Assembly (NCBI GenBank): GCA_963754315.1
Contig: CAVWFS010000008.1
Span: 352,001-416,000 of the forward strand
Direction: 5' to 3'
Length of the DNA: 64,000 nucleotides
Source: an uncultured Candidatus Rokubacteria bacterium
Lineage (GTDB): Bacteria; Methylomirabilota; Methylomirabilia; Rokubacteriales; CSP1-6
Shown here: positions 10,299 through 19,989 of the stretch, piece by piece
How the letters are laid out: each line of letters begins with the position of its first letter
How positions within the stretch are numbered: position 1 is the stretch's first letter
Translations under genes and position numbers: made by a program
The notes under the pieces: generated by a model
Databases searched by the model: none
The model's input: the letters and a program-made list of their open reading frames with translations, nothing else
What the model was told of the DNA's origin: nothing

Positions 10299-11603
10299 CT
10301 ACCAGGGAAGGATGGCCGGCTCGTACTTCTCGATCCGGTCCTCGATCGCCATGTGCGGCTCGATCCCATAGAGGCGCCGGGCGTTTGCCCCCATCAGCTT
10401 CTGTTGGGCGGGAGCCGGCACGTTGAACGTGGCCATGTGGTGAAGGCCCTCCCAGGCGTCCTCGGCATCATGATGCGGATAGTCCGAGGACCAGATGGCG
10501 ATGTCCTGGAACACGTCCCACAGGCGATAGACCAAGGGTTCGTCCGACTCGAAGCCGATGAAGCAACGCTCGTGAAACACCTCCACCGGATCGCGGATGA
10601 GTCGATTGTCACGCTGGAACGCGAACAGGTTCGAGAAGTTGGAGCTCCGGGCGAGGATGAGGGGCAACCAAGAGGCGTTCGATTCCAGCACGGCCGCCTT
10701 CAGGCGCGGAAACTTCTCCAGCCAGCCGGTCTGCACGACCACCGTCACCCAGGTCATCGCCTCCATCAGGAAGCCCAAGGTTTCGGAGGCGTCGATGGCG
10801 GGATCCATGGCCGCCGTGATGTTCGAGACGAACTGGCCGGGCGAGTAGACGACCGGCTCGTCGGTAAACAACAGACCCTGCCCTGAATCGCCTCGCGCCT
10901 GAGACATACGCTGACCCCATTCGGGGGTCAGCGCCTCGCGGGAAGGAAACGTGTGCATGGCGAGTACGACACCCGTGGCCTCGAACTCGCGCCACAGAGG
11001 GTCGAACTCGGGCAGGGTAGGATAGCGCCCGTTCCAGAAGCAGGGACGAACGGCAGCTGCCTTGAAGCCCAGGGTCGCGACCCGCTTGAGCTCTGCGATT
11101 GAGGTCTCCACGCTCTGCAAGGGCAGCACGGCGCACGGAAAGAGCCGCTTGCGGTCGGCCGCGCAATAGTCGAGCACCCAGTCGTTGTAGGCGCGGGCCA
11201 AGATGGTGGCGGCCTCAGCGCTGCGGACGAGGGCCAGTCGCACGAACCAGGTCGGGAACAGCATGACCTGGTCGGTGCCGAGCGCGTCCATGTCGTTCAG
11301 GCGTGCGTGCGGATCACGGCAACCGAGCAGCCGCCCGAACTTCTCCCGCCAGGGGGCAGTGCCCGGGGTGAGCTTCCCCACCTCCTTTTTGTCCCACCGA
11401 GCCCAGCCGACCTCGGCCGCGTTCGAGCGTTCACGGGCGGCGGGGACCACCCGGCCGTTGATGAACAGCAGGTTGCTGTCGGTGTGAAAGCAGAACTGGC
11501 TCTTGATCCAGGCACGGTTCTTGGCGGGAACATACTCGTCCCAGACGGATGGCGGCTCGACGACATGGCTGTCGCAGTCGAAGACCGGAAAGTCCTTGCG
11601 CAT
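10299..11603 (-). CDS. Amidohydrolase family protein (Amidohydro_2)
   Basis: DCDSHVVEP, AYNDW and SSDYPHHD motifs. Confidence 0.88.
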   Translation of the reverse strand: MRKDFPVFDCDSHVVEPPSVWDEYVPAKNRAWIKSQFCFHTDSNLLFINGRVVPAARERSNAAEVGWARWDKKEVGKLTPGTAPWREKFGRLLGCRDPHARLNDMDALGTDQVMLFPTWFVRLALVRSAEAATILARAYNDWVLDYCAADRKRLFPCAVLPLQSVETSIAELKRVATLGFKAAAVRPCFWNGRYPTLPEFDPLWREFEATGVVLAMHTFPSREALTPEWGQRMSQARGDSGQGLLFTDEPVVYSPGQFVSNITAAMDPAIDASETLGFLMEAMTWVTVVVQTGWLEKFPRLKAAVLESNASWLPLILARSSNFSNLFAFQRDNRLIRDPVEVFHERCFIGFESDEPLVYRLWDVFQDIAIWSSDYPHHDAEDAWEGLHHMATFNVPAPAQQKLMGANARRLYGIEPHMAIEDRIEKYEPAILPW

Positions 11604-11642
11604 GTACTATTCTATTGTCCGGAATCGGGAAGACGCCTGTCA

Positions 11643-12401
11643 ATGAGCTCAGGACTCGAACGCTTCTCGCTGTCCGGGCGTGTTGCTCTGGTCACCGGCG
11701 CCACACGAGGGCTCGGGCTCGAGATTGCGCGCGGTATGGCGGAGGTTGGCGCGGTGGTCGGGATCAACGGCCGCGATGCGGTGCGGGCCCGTGACATCGC
11801 GAAGAGCATTCCGAACGCCTTCCCCGCCCCCTTCGATATCACCGACTTGACAACCGCGGCGGCGACCATCGACGACATCGTGGCGCGCCACGGCCGTCTC
11901 GATTGCCTTGTCAATAACGCGGCGGTGCGCGACCGCCGGCGGTTGCAAGACATTTCAGCACAGGACTTCCGCCGTCTGATCGAAACCAATCTGGTGGCTC
12001 AATACGAGCTCTCTCGTGTGGCCGCTCGGCACATGGTGACGCGAGGTCAGGGCCGGCTCGTGTTCATCAGTTCCATGGTGGGCTCGCAGTCATTCCAGGG
12101 CGATCCCGCCTATGTCGCCTCGAAAGGCGGACTGGAGGCGCTGATGCGCGCGCTCGCGGTTGAGCTTGGCGAGAACGGGATCATCGCCAACGCCATCGCG
12201 CCCGGCTTCTTCCTCACCGACGCGAACGCGCCCTTCTTCTCGCAGCCACGCCTGGTCGAGTTGGCGCGTCGGATCCCGCTGCAGCGCTTCGGCCGTCCCG
12301 ACGAGCTCGTGGGGGTTGCCATCTTCCTGGCCTCCGACGCCGCGTCCTACATCACGGGCCAGGTGCTGACGGTGGACGCCGGGCTCTCCATCGCGCTGTA
12401 G
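11643..12401 (+). CDS. SDR oxidoreductase (gluconate 5-dehydrogenase-like)
   Basis: TGATRGLG, NNAA, YVASK and NAIAPGFF motifs. Confidence 0.88.
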   Translation: MSSGLERFSLSGRVALVTGATRGLGLEIARGMAEVGAVVGINGRDAVRARDIAKSIPNAFPAPFDITDLTTAAATIDDIVARHGRLDCLVNNAAVRDRRRLQDISAQDFRRLIETNLVAQYELSRVAARHMVTRGQGRLVFISSMVGSQSFQGDPAYVASKGGLEALMRALAVELGENGIIANAIAPGFFLTDANAPFFSQPRLVELARRIPLQRFGRPDELVGVAIFLASDAASYITGQVLTVDAGLSIAL

Positions 12402-12418
12402 CCCTCGAGGATCGAACG

Positions 12419-15127
12419 ATGCGCGTGGCCATTCTGCCGTCGGGCGCACTGCTCGCGGAGGCGATATCGGACGAGGCGCCCGCGAGCGACGGCCTATCCG
12501 TCTCGGCGCGCGCGCGCGTCGCGCGCGCATTCGGGCGGGGGGCTGGATACGCCCTGCTCGACCTGGGCGCGACCGAGCTCGATTCCTCACTCGCTCCTCC
12601 GCTCGCGTTCCTGCGCGACATCGGTCGAGCCTTCGTGACCAGGCTCTGCGCCATCCCTGATCTCGAGGAGCGGCGCGAGCGAGTCGAGGTCGACTGCCCG
12701 CCCGACGAGCGCCTGCGGCTGGCGGCCGCGGTGCCGCCCATGGACGGCGGCGAGTATGTCGACGCCGACTGGGTTGCCGCCCGGTGGGCGGACATCCAGC
12801 AGGCGTTTGTCGACGAGATCAGCGCTCACCGCGGTCCCGTCGCGAGCTGGCTGAGCGCGCGCCATCCTTCGTGGCACGTCGTCGGCAAGGTGTGCTTGCA
12901 CCTGGCCGAGAACCGTGGTGACGAGGAGCATCCGTTCGCCTTCCTGGCCACCTACGCAGTGAGCGCGGGACCCGGGGGTAAGGTGCAGCATCGTCCGCTG
13001 TCGCGTGCCCTCGAGGAGTCCTCCACACGCGGCGATCGTCAGGGGCTGCTGAACCTCCTGGTACCGTTGCAGCGAGCCGCCGAGCAGAGCACGTGGCTGG
13101 CCGAGCTGGTCGACTCGGGCGCCATCTACCAGGCGATGGCCTGGACACCCGCCGAGGCGCACCGCTTCCTGCACGCCATCCCGGCTTTCGAGGCGTCGGG
13201 GCTCGTCGTGCGCGTCCCCGATTGGTGGAGGCCTCGGCGCCCGCCCCGGCCTGAGGTCACCGTGCGCGTGGGCGAGAAGAGGCCGAGCGCGGTCGGTATG
13301 GACGCGCTGCTCGACTTCTCGGTGTCGGTCTCGATGGGAGACGACAAGCTCACCGCAGCCGAGCTACGCCAGCTTCTGGCGTCGTCCGATGGCCTGGTGC
13401 GGCTGCGTGGGCAATGGGTAGAGCTGGACCGTGAGCGGCTGCGCGAGGTGCTCGCCCACTGGGAGCGCGTCCGGCGCGATGCCGCGGAGGGTGGACTGTC
13501 GTTTCTCGAGGGTATGCGGCTGCTGGCCGGCGCCGCCCGCACGGACGACGATGCCGCAGCCCTCGCCGTCGGCGAGGGCTGGTCGCGGGTCGAGGCAGGC
13601 GCCTGGCTCGCGCGTACTCTCGACCAGCTACGCGGACCGGACGGGCTCGCGGCGGCCGATCCGGGAGACGACTTACACGGCACCTTGCGGCCCTATCAGA
13701 AAGTCGGTGTGGCGTGGCTGGCCTTTGCCTCCTCGCTGCGCCTCGGTGTCTGCCTGGCCGACGACATGGGACTGGGCAAGACCATCCAGGTGCTGGGTTT
13801 GCTGCTCCTGTACAAGCGGCGCGCGCGGCGGGGTGGCCCGCCGCATCTTCTGGTCGTGCCAGCGTCGCTCCTCGCCAACTGGCAGGCCGAGATCGAACGG
13901 TTTGCTCCGTCGCTGGCCACGCTCGTGGCCCATCCCTCCGTCATGCCCACGCGCGAGCTGACCGAGTTGACCGATGCCGATCTCGGCGGCATCGATCTGG
14001 TCATCACGACCTACGGGACATTGGCGCGCATCGGGGCGCTCCGCACCCGGGAATGGTCGCTGGCTATCCTCGACGAGGCACAAGCCATCAAGAATCCTGG
14101 CGCGCGGCAAACGCAGGCGGTCAAGACGTTGAAGGCCCACGCCCGCATCGCCCTCACCGGGACGCCCGTCGAGAACCGCCTCGGCGATCTCTGGTCCATC
14201 TACGATTTCCTCGACCCTGGCTTGCTGGGCTCGGCCCGGGAGTTCTCGGCGTTCGCCAAGCGCCTGGCCGACCGCCGGGACGACAGCTATGGGCCACTGC
14301 GCCGCCTGATCCAGCCCTATCTTCTGCGCCGACTCAAGACCGACCGGTCGATCGTGGCCGACCTGCCCGACAAGACCGAGGTGAAGGCCTTCTGCCTTCT
14401 CTCCGGACCACAGGCCGCGCTCTATCAGAAGACGGTCGACGAGCTGGCGCGCGCGATCGATGGGCTCACCCAGGGCATCGAGCGGCGTGGCCTGGTGCTC
14501 GCCTATCTCATGCGCTTCAAGCAGATCTGCAACCATCCCGCGCACTGGCTGGGCGAGGGCGCGTGGGACGAGGCGGGAAGCGGCAAGCTCGCGCGGCTGC
14601 GCGAGATCGTGGAAGCGGTGGCGGCCAAGCAGGAGAAGGTCCTCGTGTTCACCCAGTTTCGCGAGGCCACCGCGCCGCTGGCCACGTTCCTGTCGGGCCT
14701 GTTCGGACGCCCCGGGCTCGTGCTTCACGGCAGCACGCCGGTCAAGGACCGGGGCGGTCTCGTCCGGCGCTTCCAGGAGGACGCGGCCGTGCCGTTCTTC
14801 GTGCTATCGGTCAAGGCGGGAGGTGCCGGTCTCAACCTCACGGCGGCTTCGCACGTGGTGCACTTTGACCGGTGGTGGAACCCTGCCGTCGAGGACCAGG
14901 CGACCGACCGCGCGTACCGGATCGGCCAGCACAGGAACGTCCTCGTGCACAAGCTCGTGTGCCGGGGCACCGTGGAGGAGCGCATCGATCGGTTGATCGA
15001 AGACAAGCAAGCGATGGTGCGCGAAGTGCTGACAGGCGGCGGCGAGACCTTGCTCACCGAGATGAGCGATGCGGAGCTGATGGCCATGGTGGCGCTCGAT
15101 CTGCAGAGTGCGACCGCCGAGTCCTGA
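12419..15127 (+). CDS. SNF2-family helicase/ATPase
   Basis: LRPYQ, LADDMGLGKT, DEAQ, TGTPVEN, GLNLT and WNPAVEDQATDRAYRIGQ motifs. Confidence 0.95.
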   Translation: MRVAILPSGALLAEAISDEAPASDGLSVSARARVARAFGRGAGYALLDLGATELDSSLAPPLAFLRDIGRAFVTRLCAIPDLEERRERVEVDCPPDERLRLAAAVPPMDGGEYVDADWVAARWADIQQAFVDEISAHRGPVASWLSARHPSWHVVGKVCLHLAENRGDEEHPFAFLATYAVSAGPGGKVQHRPLSRALEESSTRGDRQGLLNLLVPLQRAAEQSTWLAELVDSGAIYQAMAWTPAEAHRFLHAIPAFEASGLVVRVPDWWRPRRPPRPEVTVRVGEKRPSAVGMDALLDFSVSVSMGDDKLTAAELRQLLASSDGLVRLRGQWVELDRERLREVLAHWERVRRDAAEGGLSFLEGMRLLAGAARTDDDAAALAVGEGWSRVEAGAWLARTLDQLRGPDGLAAADPGDDLHGTLRPYQKVGVAWLAFASSLRLGVCLADDMGLGKTIQVLGLLLLYKRRARRGGPPHLLVVPASLLANWQAEIERFAPSLATLVAHPSVMPTRELTELTDADLGGIDLVITTYGTLARIGALRTREWSLAILDEAQAIKNPGARQTQAVKTLKAHARIALTGTPVENRLGDLWSIYDFLDPGLLGSAREFSAFAKRLADRRDDSYGPLRRLIQPYLLRRLKTDRSIVADLPDKTEVKAFCLLSGPQAALYQKTVDELARAIDGLTQGIERRGLVLAYLMRFKQICNHPAHWLGEGAWDEAGSGKLARLREIVEAVAAKQEKVLVFTQFREATAPLATFLSGLFGRPGLVLHGSTPVKDRGGLVRRFQEDAAVPFFVLSVKAGGAGLNLTAASHVVHFDRWWNPAVEDQATDRAYRIGQHRNVLVHKLVCRGTVEERIDRLIEDKQAMVREVLTGGGETLLTEMSDAELMAMVALDLQSATAES

Positions 15128-15157
15128 GTCATGGCGACTGCCGAGTCCTGAGTCATG
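15110..15157. repeat. 24-bp tandem duplication covering the SNF2 stop and the downstream ATG
   Basis: GCGACCGCCGAGTCCTGAGTCATG followed by GCGACTGCCGAGTCCTGAGTCATG (1 mismatch). Confidence 0.9.
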
Positions 15158-15164
15158 GCGTGGT

Positions 15165-15977
15165 ATGGACCGCGGCGGCTGGGACTACTTCCCGCCCTAC
15201 GTGTCGGTGGCGGAGAAGAAGGCGCACGGCGCCCAGGCGCTCGCCAAGCTCTTGAAGAAGAGCAGGCGCACGCCCGAGCCGGTGGTGATCGCGCACCGCA
15301 AGCGGCAGCTCACCACGACGTTCTGGGGTACGGCCTGGGCCGACAACCTCGAGCGCTATGCCGACCTGGCCAATCGCCTGCCGCGCGGCCGCGCCTACCT
15401 CCGCAACGGCTCGGTGCTGGACCTGGCAATCGTCAAGGGCGAGGTCGAGGCATACGTGGCCGGCAGCGAGCTGTACCGGGTGACGATCGGCATCGCCCCC
15501 CTTGCCAAGATGCGCTGGCGCCGGGTCGTGACTCGCTGCACGGGCCGCATCGGATCGCTCGTCGGGCTGCTGCGCGGTGAGCTGTCCAACGATGTCCTGG
15601 CGGTCCTGTCCGACCCCAGGGACGGACTGTTCCCGGAGCCGCGCGAGATGCGGCTCGGCTGCTCATGTCCGGACCAGGCGGGTCTGTGCAAGCACCTGGC
15701 GGCGGTCCTGTACGGCATCGGCATCCGGCTCGACACGAGGCCGGAGCTGTTTTTCGTGTTGCGTCAGGTGGACCAGGCGGAGCTGCTCAGCTCGGCCACG
15801 GGCGGCGCCCTGTCGGGTGCGCGCCCCGTCCAGGGTAAACGCATCGCGGACGACCGGCTGTCGGCGGTGTTCGGAATCGATCTGGACGTCGCGCCGTCGG
15901 CCCGCCCCGGGCTCAAGCAGCGGCGGCCACGTTCTGGTTCCCGCGGAAGAAATTCGCCGGATCGTACGTCGCCTTGA
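15165..15977 (+). CDS. SWIM zinc-finger protein (SNF2 partner)
   Basis: NRLPRGRAYLRNGSV and CSCPD...CKHLAAVLY SWIM motif; true start may be 15155 if one extra G is removed. Confidence 0.9.
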   Translation: MDRGGWDYFPPYVSVAEKKAHGAQALAKLLKKSRRTPEPVVIAHRKRQLTTTFWGTAWADNLERYADLANRLPRGRAYLRNGSVLDLAIVKGEVEAYVAGSELYRVTIGIAPLAKMRWRRVVTRCTGRIGSLVGLLRGELSNDVLAVLSDPRDGLFPEPREMRLGCSCPDQAGLCKHLAAVLYGIGIRLDTRPELFFVLRQVDQAELLSSATGGALSGARPVQGKRIADDRLSAVFGIDLDVAPSARPGLKQRRPRSGSRGRNSPDRTSP

Positions 15978-15999
15978 TCGGCCGGGTTACCATCTCCCG

Positions 16000-16824
16000 G
16001 TGTCCACGACGACGCCCCGGCAGATCTCGCTCGCCCATCTGACTGTGCTCGACACCACCCCTCCGGAACTGGTCGAGGTCGCGGCAGCCGCGGGCTTCCG
16101 GACCATCGGCATCCGGCTCACGGCCACCCCGAGCGTGGGCGTGCCTCCCTACGACATACTGCGCGAGGGGCCGCTGCTGCGGGAGACCATGCTGCGTCTG
16201 TCCGACACGGGCGTGTCGGTACTGGACACGGAATTCCTGCGCTTCGAGCCCGAGCACCCGGTGGGCATCCCGGAAGGCTTCCTCGAGGTCTCGGCCCGTC
16301 TGGGGGCGCAGAACGTGCTGGTCATGAGCGCGGAGCCCGAGGAGGCTCGAACCTTGGAGCGGTTCTGCGATCTCTGTGACCGGGCGGCCTCGTACGGCTT
16401 ACACGTTTGTCTGGAGTTCGCGATCTATACGGGGGTCCGGACGCTCGCCGACGCCGCCCACATGGTGGCCCGGTCAAAGCGAACGAACGCATCCGTTCTG
16501 ATCGATGCGTTGCACTTCAGCCGCTCCGGAGGACTTCCCGCACATATTGGAGGTGTCGACCCGTCGCTCCTTCGGTACGCGCAGATCTGCGATGCCGGTC
16601 CGGACATGCCCGGCCCTGGCGACACCCCCGCGCTCATCCGTGAGGCTCGGACGGGCAGGCTCCTCCCAGGCGAGGGTGTCTTGCCTCTCAAGGAGCTGGT
16701 GGCGGCCTTACCCCGCACCGCGCCGCTGGCCGTAGAAGCGCCATGCCTTGTGACCGCTGATCTCCCCGCCCTCGAGCGGGCGAAGCGCGCGCATCGCGCC
16801 CTCTCCGCTCTCCTCGAAGCCTGA
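16000..16824 (+). CDS. Sugar phosphate isomerase/epimerase (TIM barrel, AP_endonuc_2-like)
   Basis: SLAHLTV, LEFAIY, IDALHF, QICD and RLLPGEG motifs; GTG start. Confidence 0.85.
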   Translation: MSTTTPRQISLAHLTVLDTTPPELVEVAAAAGFRTIGIRLTATPSVGVPPYDILREGPLLRETMLRLSDTGVSVLDTEFLRFEPEHPVGIPEGFLEVSARLGAQNVLVMSAEPEEARTLERFCDLCDRAASYGLHVCLEFAIYTGVRTLADAAHMVARSKRTNASVLIDALHFSRSGGLPAHIGGVDPSLLRYAQICDAGPDMPGPGDTPALIREARTGRLLPGEGVLPLKELVAALPRTAPLAVEAPCLVTADLPALERAKRAHRALSALLEA

Positions 16825-16840
16825 ACCGCCCCCTCGAGAG

Positions 16841-17806
16841 TCAGTACAGGTGGCAGGCGACCTCGCCGCCACCGTCGCGAAGCTTCAACGTTGGCTCGAC
16901 GGTGGAGCAGATCGGCATCGCTGCCGGGCAGCGCGGGTGGAAGCGGCATCCGGGCGGCAGGTTGAGGGCGCTCGGGACCTCGCCGGCGATAACCTTCTCT
17001 CCGTGACGGTCGTCGGGATGCGCCGGCAGGGCGGCCGCGAAGAGGGCCTTCGTGTACGGGTGCATCGGTCGGGCGCACAGCGCATCGCTATCGGCCGACT
17101 CGACGATCTTGCCCAGATACATCACCGCGATGCGGTGACTGATGTGGGCCACGGTGGCGAGGTCGTGGCCGATGAACAAATAGCTGACGCCGAGGGTCCG
17201 CTGCAGGTGCTCGAGCTGGTTGATGATCTGGGCCCGGACCGAGACGTCGAGGGCGGAGACCGGCTCGTCCAGTACGATGAGGCGGGTATTCGTGGCCAGC
17301 GCCCTGGCGATGGCGATCCGCTGGCGCTGCCCGCCGCTGAATTCGTGTGGGAACAGCGGGGCCACGTCGGCCTGGAGCCCGACCAAGTCCAGGACTTCTG
17401 CCACGCGCTCACGAATGGCCCCCCGCGAGAGATCGGTGTGGATCTCCAGGGGCTCGCCGATGATGTCCTCCACCCGCATGCGCGGGCTCAGCGAGCTGAA
17501 CGGGTCCTGGAAGACTACCTGCACCGCTCGGCGGTAGCGCATGAGCGCCGGGCCTTCGAGGCCGGCGATATCCTGGCCCTCGAAGGCGATGGTGCCAGCC
17601 GTCGGTGTCTCCTGGCGAAGGATCAGCTTGGAGGTGGTCGTTTTCCCGCACCCGGACTCGCCGATCAGCCCCAAGGTCTCGCCCGCCTCGATGGTGAAAT
17701 CCACGCCGTCCACGGCCTTGACCCAGGTGGCGCTCGATCCGAACAGCCGCTGGCGTGCAGGAAAGTGCTTCTTCAGCCCCCGGACGTCAAGAACGGGTTC
17801 GGCCAT
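16841..17806 (-). CDS. Oligopeptide/dipeptide ABC transporter ATP-binding protein (OppF/DppF-like)
   Basis: GESGCGKT, FSGGQRQR, DEPVSALD, HPYT and GCRFHPRCP motifs. Confidence 0.93.
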   Translation of the reverse strand: MAEPVLDVRGLKKHFPARQRLFGSSATWVKAVDGVDFTIEAGETLGLIGESGCGKTTTSKLILRQETPTAGTIAFEGQDIAGLEGPALMRYRRAVQVVFQDPFSSLSPRMRVEDIIGEPLEIHTDLSRGAIRERVAEVLDLVGLQADVAPLFPHEFSGGQRQRIAIARALATNTRLIVLDEPVSALDVSVRAQIINQLEHLQRTLGVSYLFIGHDLATVAHISHRIAVMYLGKIVESADSDALCARPMHPYTKALFAAALPAHPDDRHGEKVIAGEVPSALNLPPGCRFHPRCPAAMPICSTVEPTLKLRDGGGEVACHLY

Positions 17807-18785
17807 GGTGTCCTGCGAGCGCGTCCTGACTTTCCAGGAGCCAGCACCGGGCGATACTCCCGTCGCCAAGGTCAACGTCTCTCGGCTCGTCGGTGAGGCA
17901 GCGTGGCTGGACCTCGGGACAGCGCGGGTGGAAAGGGCAGCCCGGCGGCAGGTTCGCGAGGTTGGGGGGCTGACCCGGAATCGAGTAGAGCGGCTCCTTG
18001 TTGCCAAGCTTCGGCATCGAGCCGACCAGCGCGCGCGTGTAGGGGTGCTTGGGGGCGTCGAACAGCTCCCGCACCGGCGCCTGCTCGACGATCTTCCCGG
18101 CGTACATCACGGCCACCCGGTCGCACATCTTGGCAACGATGCCCAGGTTATGGGTGACGAAGATCAGGGCCACCCCCGTCTCCTGCTGGATATCCTTGAG
18201 CAGATCGAGGTACTGCGCCTGGATGGTGACGTCGAGGTTGGTGGTTGGCTCGTCGGCGATCACGAGCCGCGGCCCCCCGGCGAGGGCGATGGCCCCCACG
18301 ATGCGCTGGCGCATGCCGCCACTCATCTGGTGCGGATAGTCGCGCATGCGCCACTCGGGGGAGGGGATACGTACAGCTCTGAGCAGCTGCTGCACGCGCT
18401 GTCGCAGAGAGCGCCCGCGCAGCTGCTGGTGAAAGAAGGCGGGCTCCGCCACCTGTCGGAAGATCGTGAAGAGTGGGTTCAGCGACGCCATGGGGTCCTG
18501 CAGGATCACGGCGATCCGTCGGCCGCGGATCCGCCGCAATTCACGCTGGCTCTTACTGGTGAGCTCCTCGCCCTCGAAGCGGACGCTGCCGCCCACGATG
18601 CGGGCCCCTCGCGGCAGGAGTCCCACAATCGAGAGGCACGTCGTGGTCTTTCCGCTTCCCGACTCGCCGACGAGGCCCAACGTCTCGCCTTCGTGGAGCG
18701 AAAAGCTCACGTGGTCCACCGCCCTCACCACCCGTGTCCCGCCAAAAGTGGAGAAGTGCGTCTGCAGATCGGTAACCTCCAACAC
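17787..18785 (-). CDS. Oligopeptide/dipeptide ABC transporter ATP-binding protein (OppD/DppD-like)
   Basis: GESGSGKT, MSGGMRQR, DEPTT and HPYT motifs; 5' end abuts the repeat array. Confidence 0.93.
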   Translation of the reverse strand: MLEVTDLQTHFSTFGGTRVVRAVDHVSFSLHEGETLGLVGESGSGKTTTCLSIVGLLPRGARIVGGSVRFEGEELTSKSQRELRRIRGRRIAVILQDPMASLNPLFTIFRQVAEPAFFHQQLRGRSLRQRVQQLLRAVRIPSPEWRMRDYPHQMSGGMRQRIVGAIALAGGPRLVIADEPTTNLDVTIQAQYLDLLKDIQQETGVALIFVTHNLGIVAKMCDRVAVMYAGKIVEQAPVRELFDAPKHPYTRALVGSMPKLGNKEPLYSIPGQPPNLANLPPGCPFHPRCPEVQPRCLTDEPRDVDLGDGSIARCWLLESQDALAGHHGRTRS

Positions 18786-18803
18786 GACCGGCCCGAGGGG
18801 ACG

Positions 18804-19074
18804 CTGGGGGGCCAGATCGGGGCCCGAAGCTGGCGGATGACCGAGGGGCGCCCCGGCTGGCCGGGGAGACCCGAACGCTGGGGGGCTGGGGGGCCAGTCG
18901 GGGCCCCGAAGCTGGCGGATGACCGAGGGGCGCCCCGGCTGGGCCGGGGAGACCCGAACGTGGGGGGCTGGGGGCCAATCGGGGCCCGAAGCTGGCGGAT
19001 GACCGAGGGGCGCCCCGGCTGGGCCGGGGAGACCCGAACGTGGGGGGTCTGGGGGGCCATATCGGGGCCCCCCA
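18804..19074. repeat. Tandem array of a ~81-bp GC-rich palindromic repeat (3 full copies plus a partial)
   Basis: Unit ctggggggcca..tcggggcccgaagctggcggatgaccgaggggcgccccggctgggccggggagacccgaacgtgggggg at about 18804, 18886 and 18968; partial at 19049. Confidence 0.92.
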
Positions 19075-19076
19075 TA

Positions 19077-19982
19077 TTAAAGATTTCTAAGCTGAGGATC
19101 GAGGCGGACGCGCAGCCAGTCGCCGAAGAGCTGGGTGGCGAGCACGATCAGCATGATGCAGACCCCCGGAAACACCGTGAGCCACCATTGGCCGGCCATC
19201 AGGGTGGGGCGCGCTTCGGAGAGCATGAGACCCCAGGCGGGCTGAGGAGGAGGCACGCCGATTCCGAGAAAGCTGAGCGACGCTTCCGCGATGATGACGA
19301 CGCCGACGGTGAGGCTGCCCAGCACGGTGGCCGTGTTCATGACATTGGGCAAGATGTGCCGCTTGATCACCCGCAGCTTGCTGGCGCCCGCAATCTCGGC
19401 CAGCTTCACGAACTCTCGTTCGCGCAGGGTCAGGACCTCACCCCGGATGACACGCGCGTAGCGTGTCCAGTAGAGGCAGCCCAGGATGATGATGATGTTC
19501 CACATGCTGGGCCCGACCATGGCGGCCAGGAAGATGGCAAAGACGAGGGCCGGCAAGGCCAGCCAGGCGTCGGTCACGCGCATGATGATCTGATCGACCC
19601 AGCCCCCGACGTACCCTGACAGAATTCCCATGGCGGTTCCGATGCCGCCGGCCACCAAGGTTCCCATCAACCCCACGATCAACGACACCCGGGCGCCGTA
19701 GATGAGGCGGCTGAGGACGTCCCGACCCTGGAAGTCGGTCCCAAGCGGGGTCGTGGCGTTGCCTCCCTCCATCCAGAAGGGCGGAGCGAACATGACTGCG
19801 TCCTTCACGGGAAGCGTCGGGTCGTGAGGGGCCAGGACGTCGGCGAAGATCGCCACCAGGGTGAGTCCGGTGAGAAGGATCACCGCCACCAAGGGGGCCT
19901 CTCGCAGTGCCTTGAGCACGGTCGTGACTCGGCTCTCGGTGCGTCCTGGAACGAGCGGCCTGTGCGTCGCGATGGTCGCCAT
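19077..19982 (-). CDS. Peptide ABC transporter permease (OppC/DppC-like)
   Basis: LGTDFQGRDVLSRLIYGARVSL, RHILPN and EASLSFLG motifs. Confidence 0.93.
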   Translation of the reverse strand: MATIATHRPLVPGRTESRVTTVLKALREAPLVAVILLTGLTLVAIFADVLAPHDPTLPVKDAVMFAPPFWMEGGNATTPLGTDFQGRDVLSRLIYGARVSLIVGLMGTLVAGGIGTAMGILSGYVGGWVDQIIMRVTDAWLALPALVFAIFLAAMVGPSMWNIIIILGCLYWTRYARVIRGEVLTLREREFVKLAEIAGASKLRVIKRHILPNVMNTATVLGSLTVGVVIIAEASLSFLGIGVPPPQPAWGLMLSEARPTLMAGQWWLTVFPGVCIMLIVLATQLFGDWLRVRLDPQLRNL

Positions 19983-19989
19983 GATCCTC

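Noticed and set aside
18804..19074. CRISPR array
   Set aside because: Units are contiguous and near-identical, with no unique spacers and no cas genes in the window.
17541..19619. 692-aa plus-strand ORF
   Set aside because: It is antisense to the ABC genes and runs through the repeat array.
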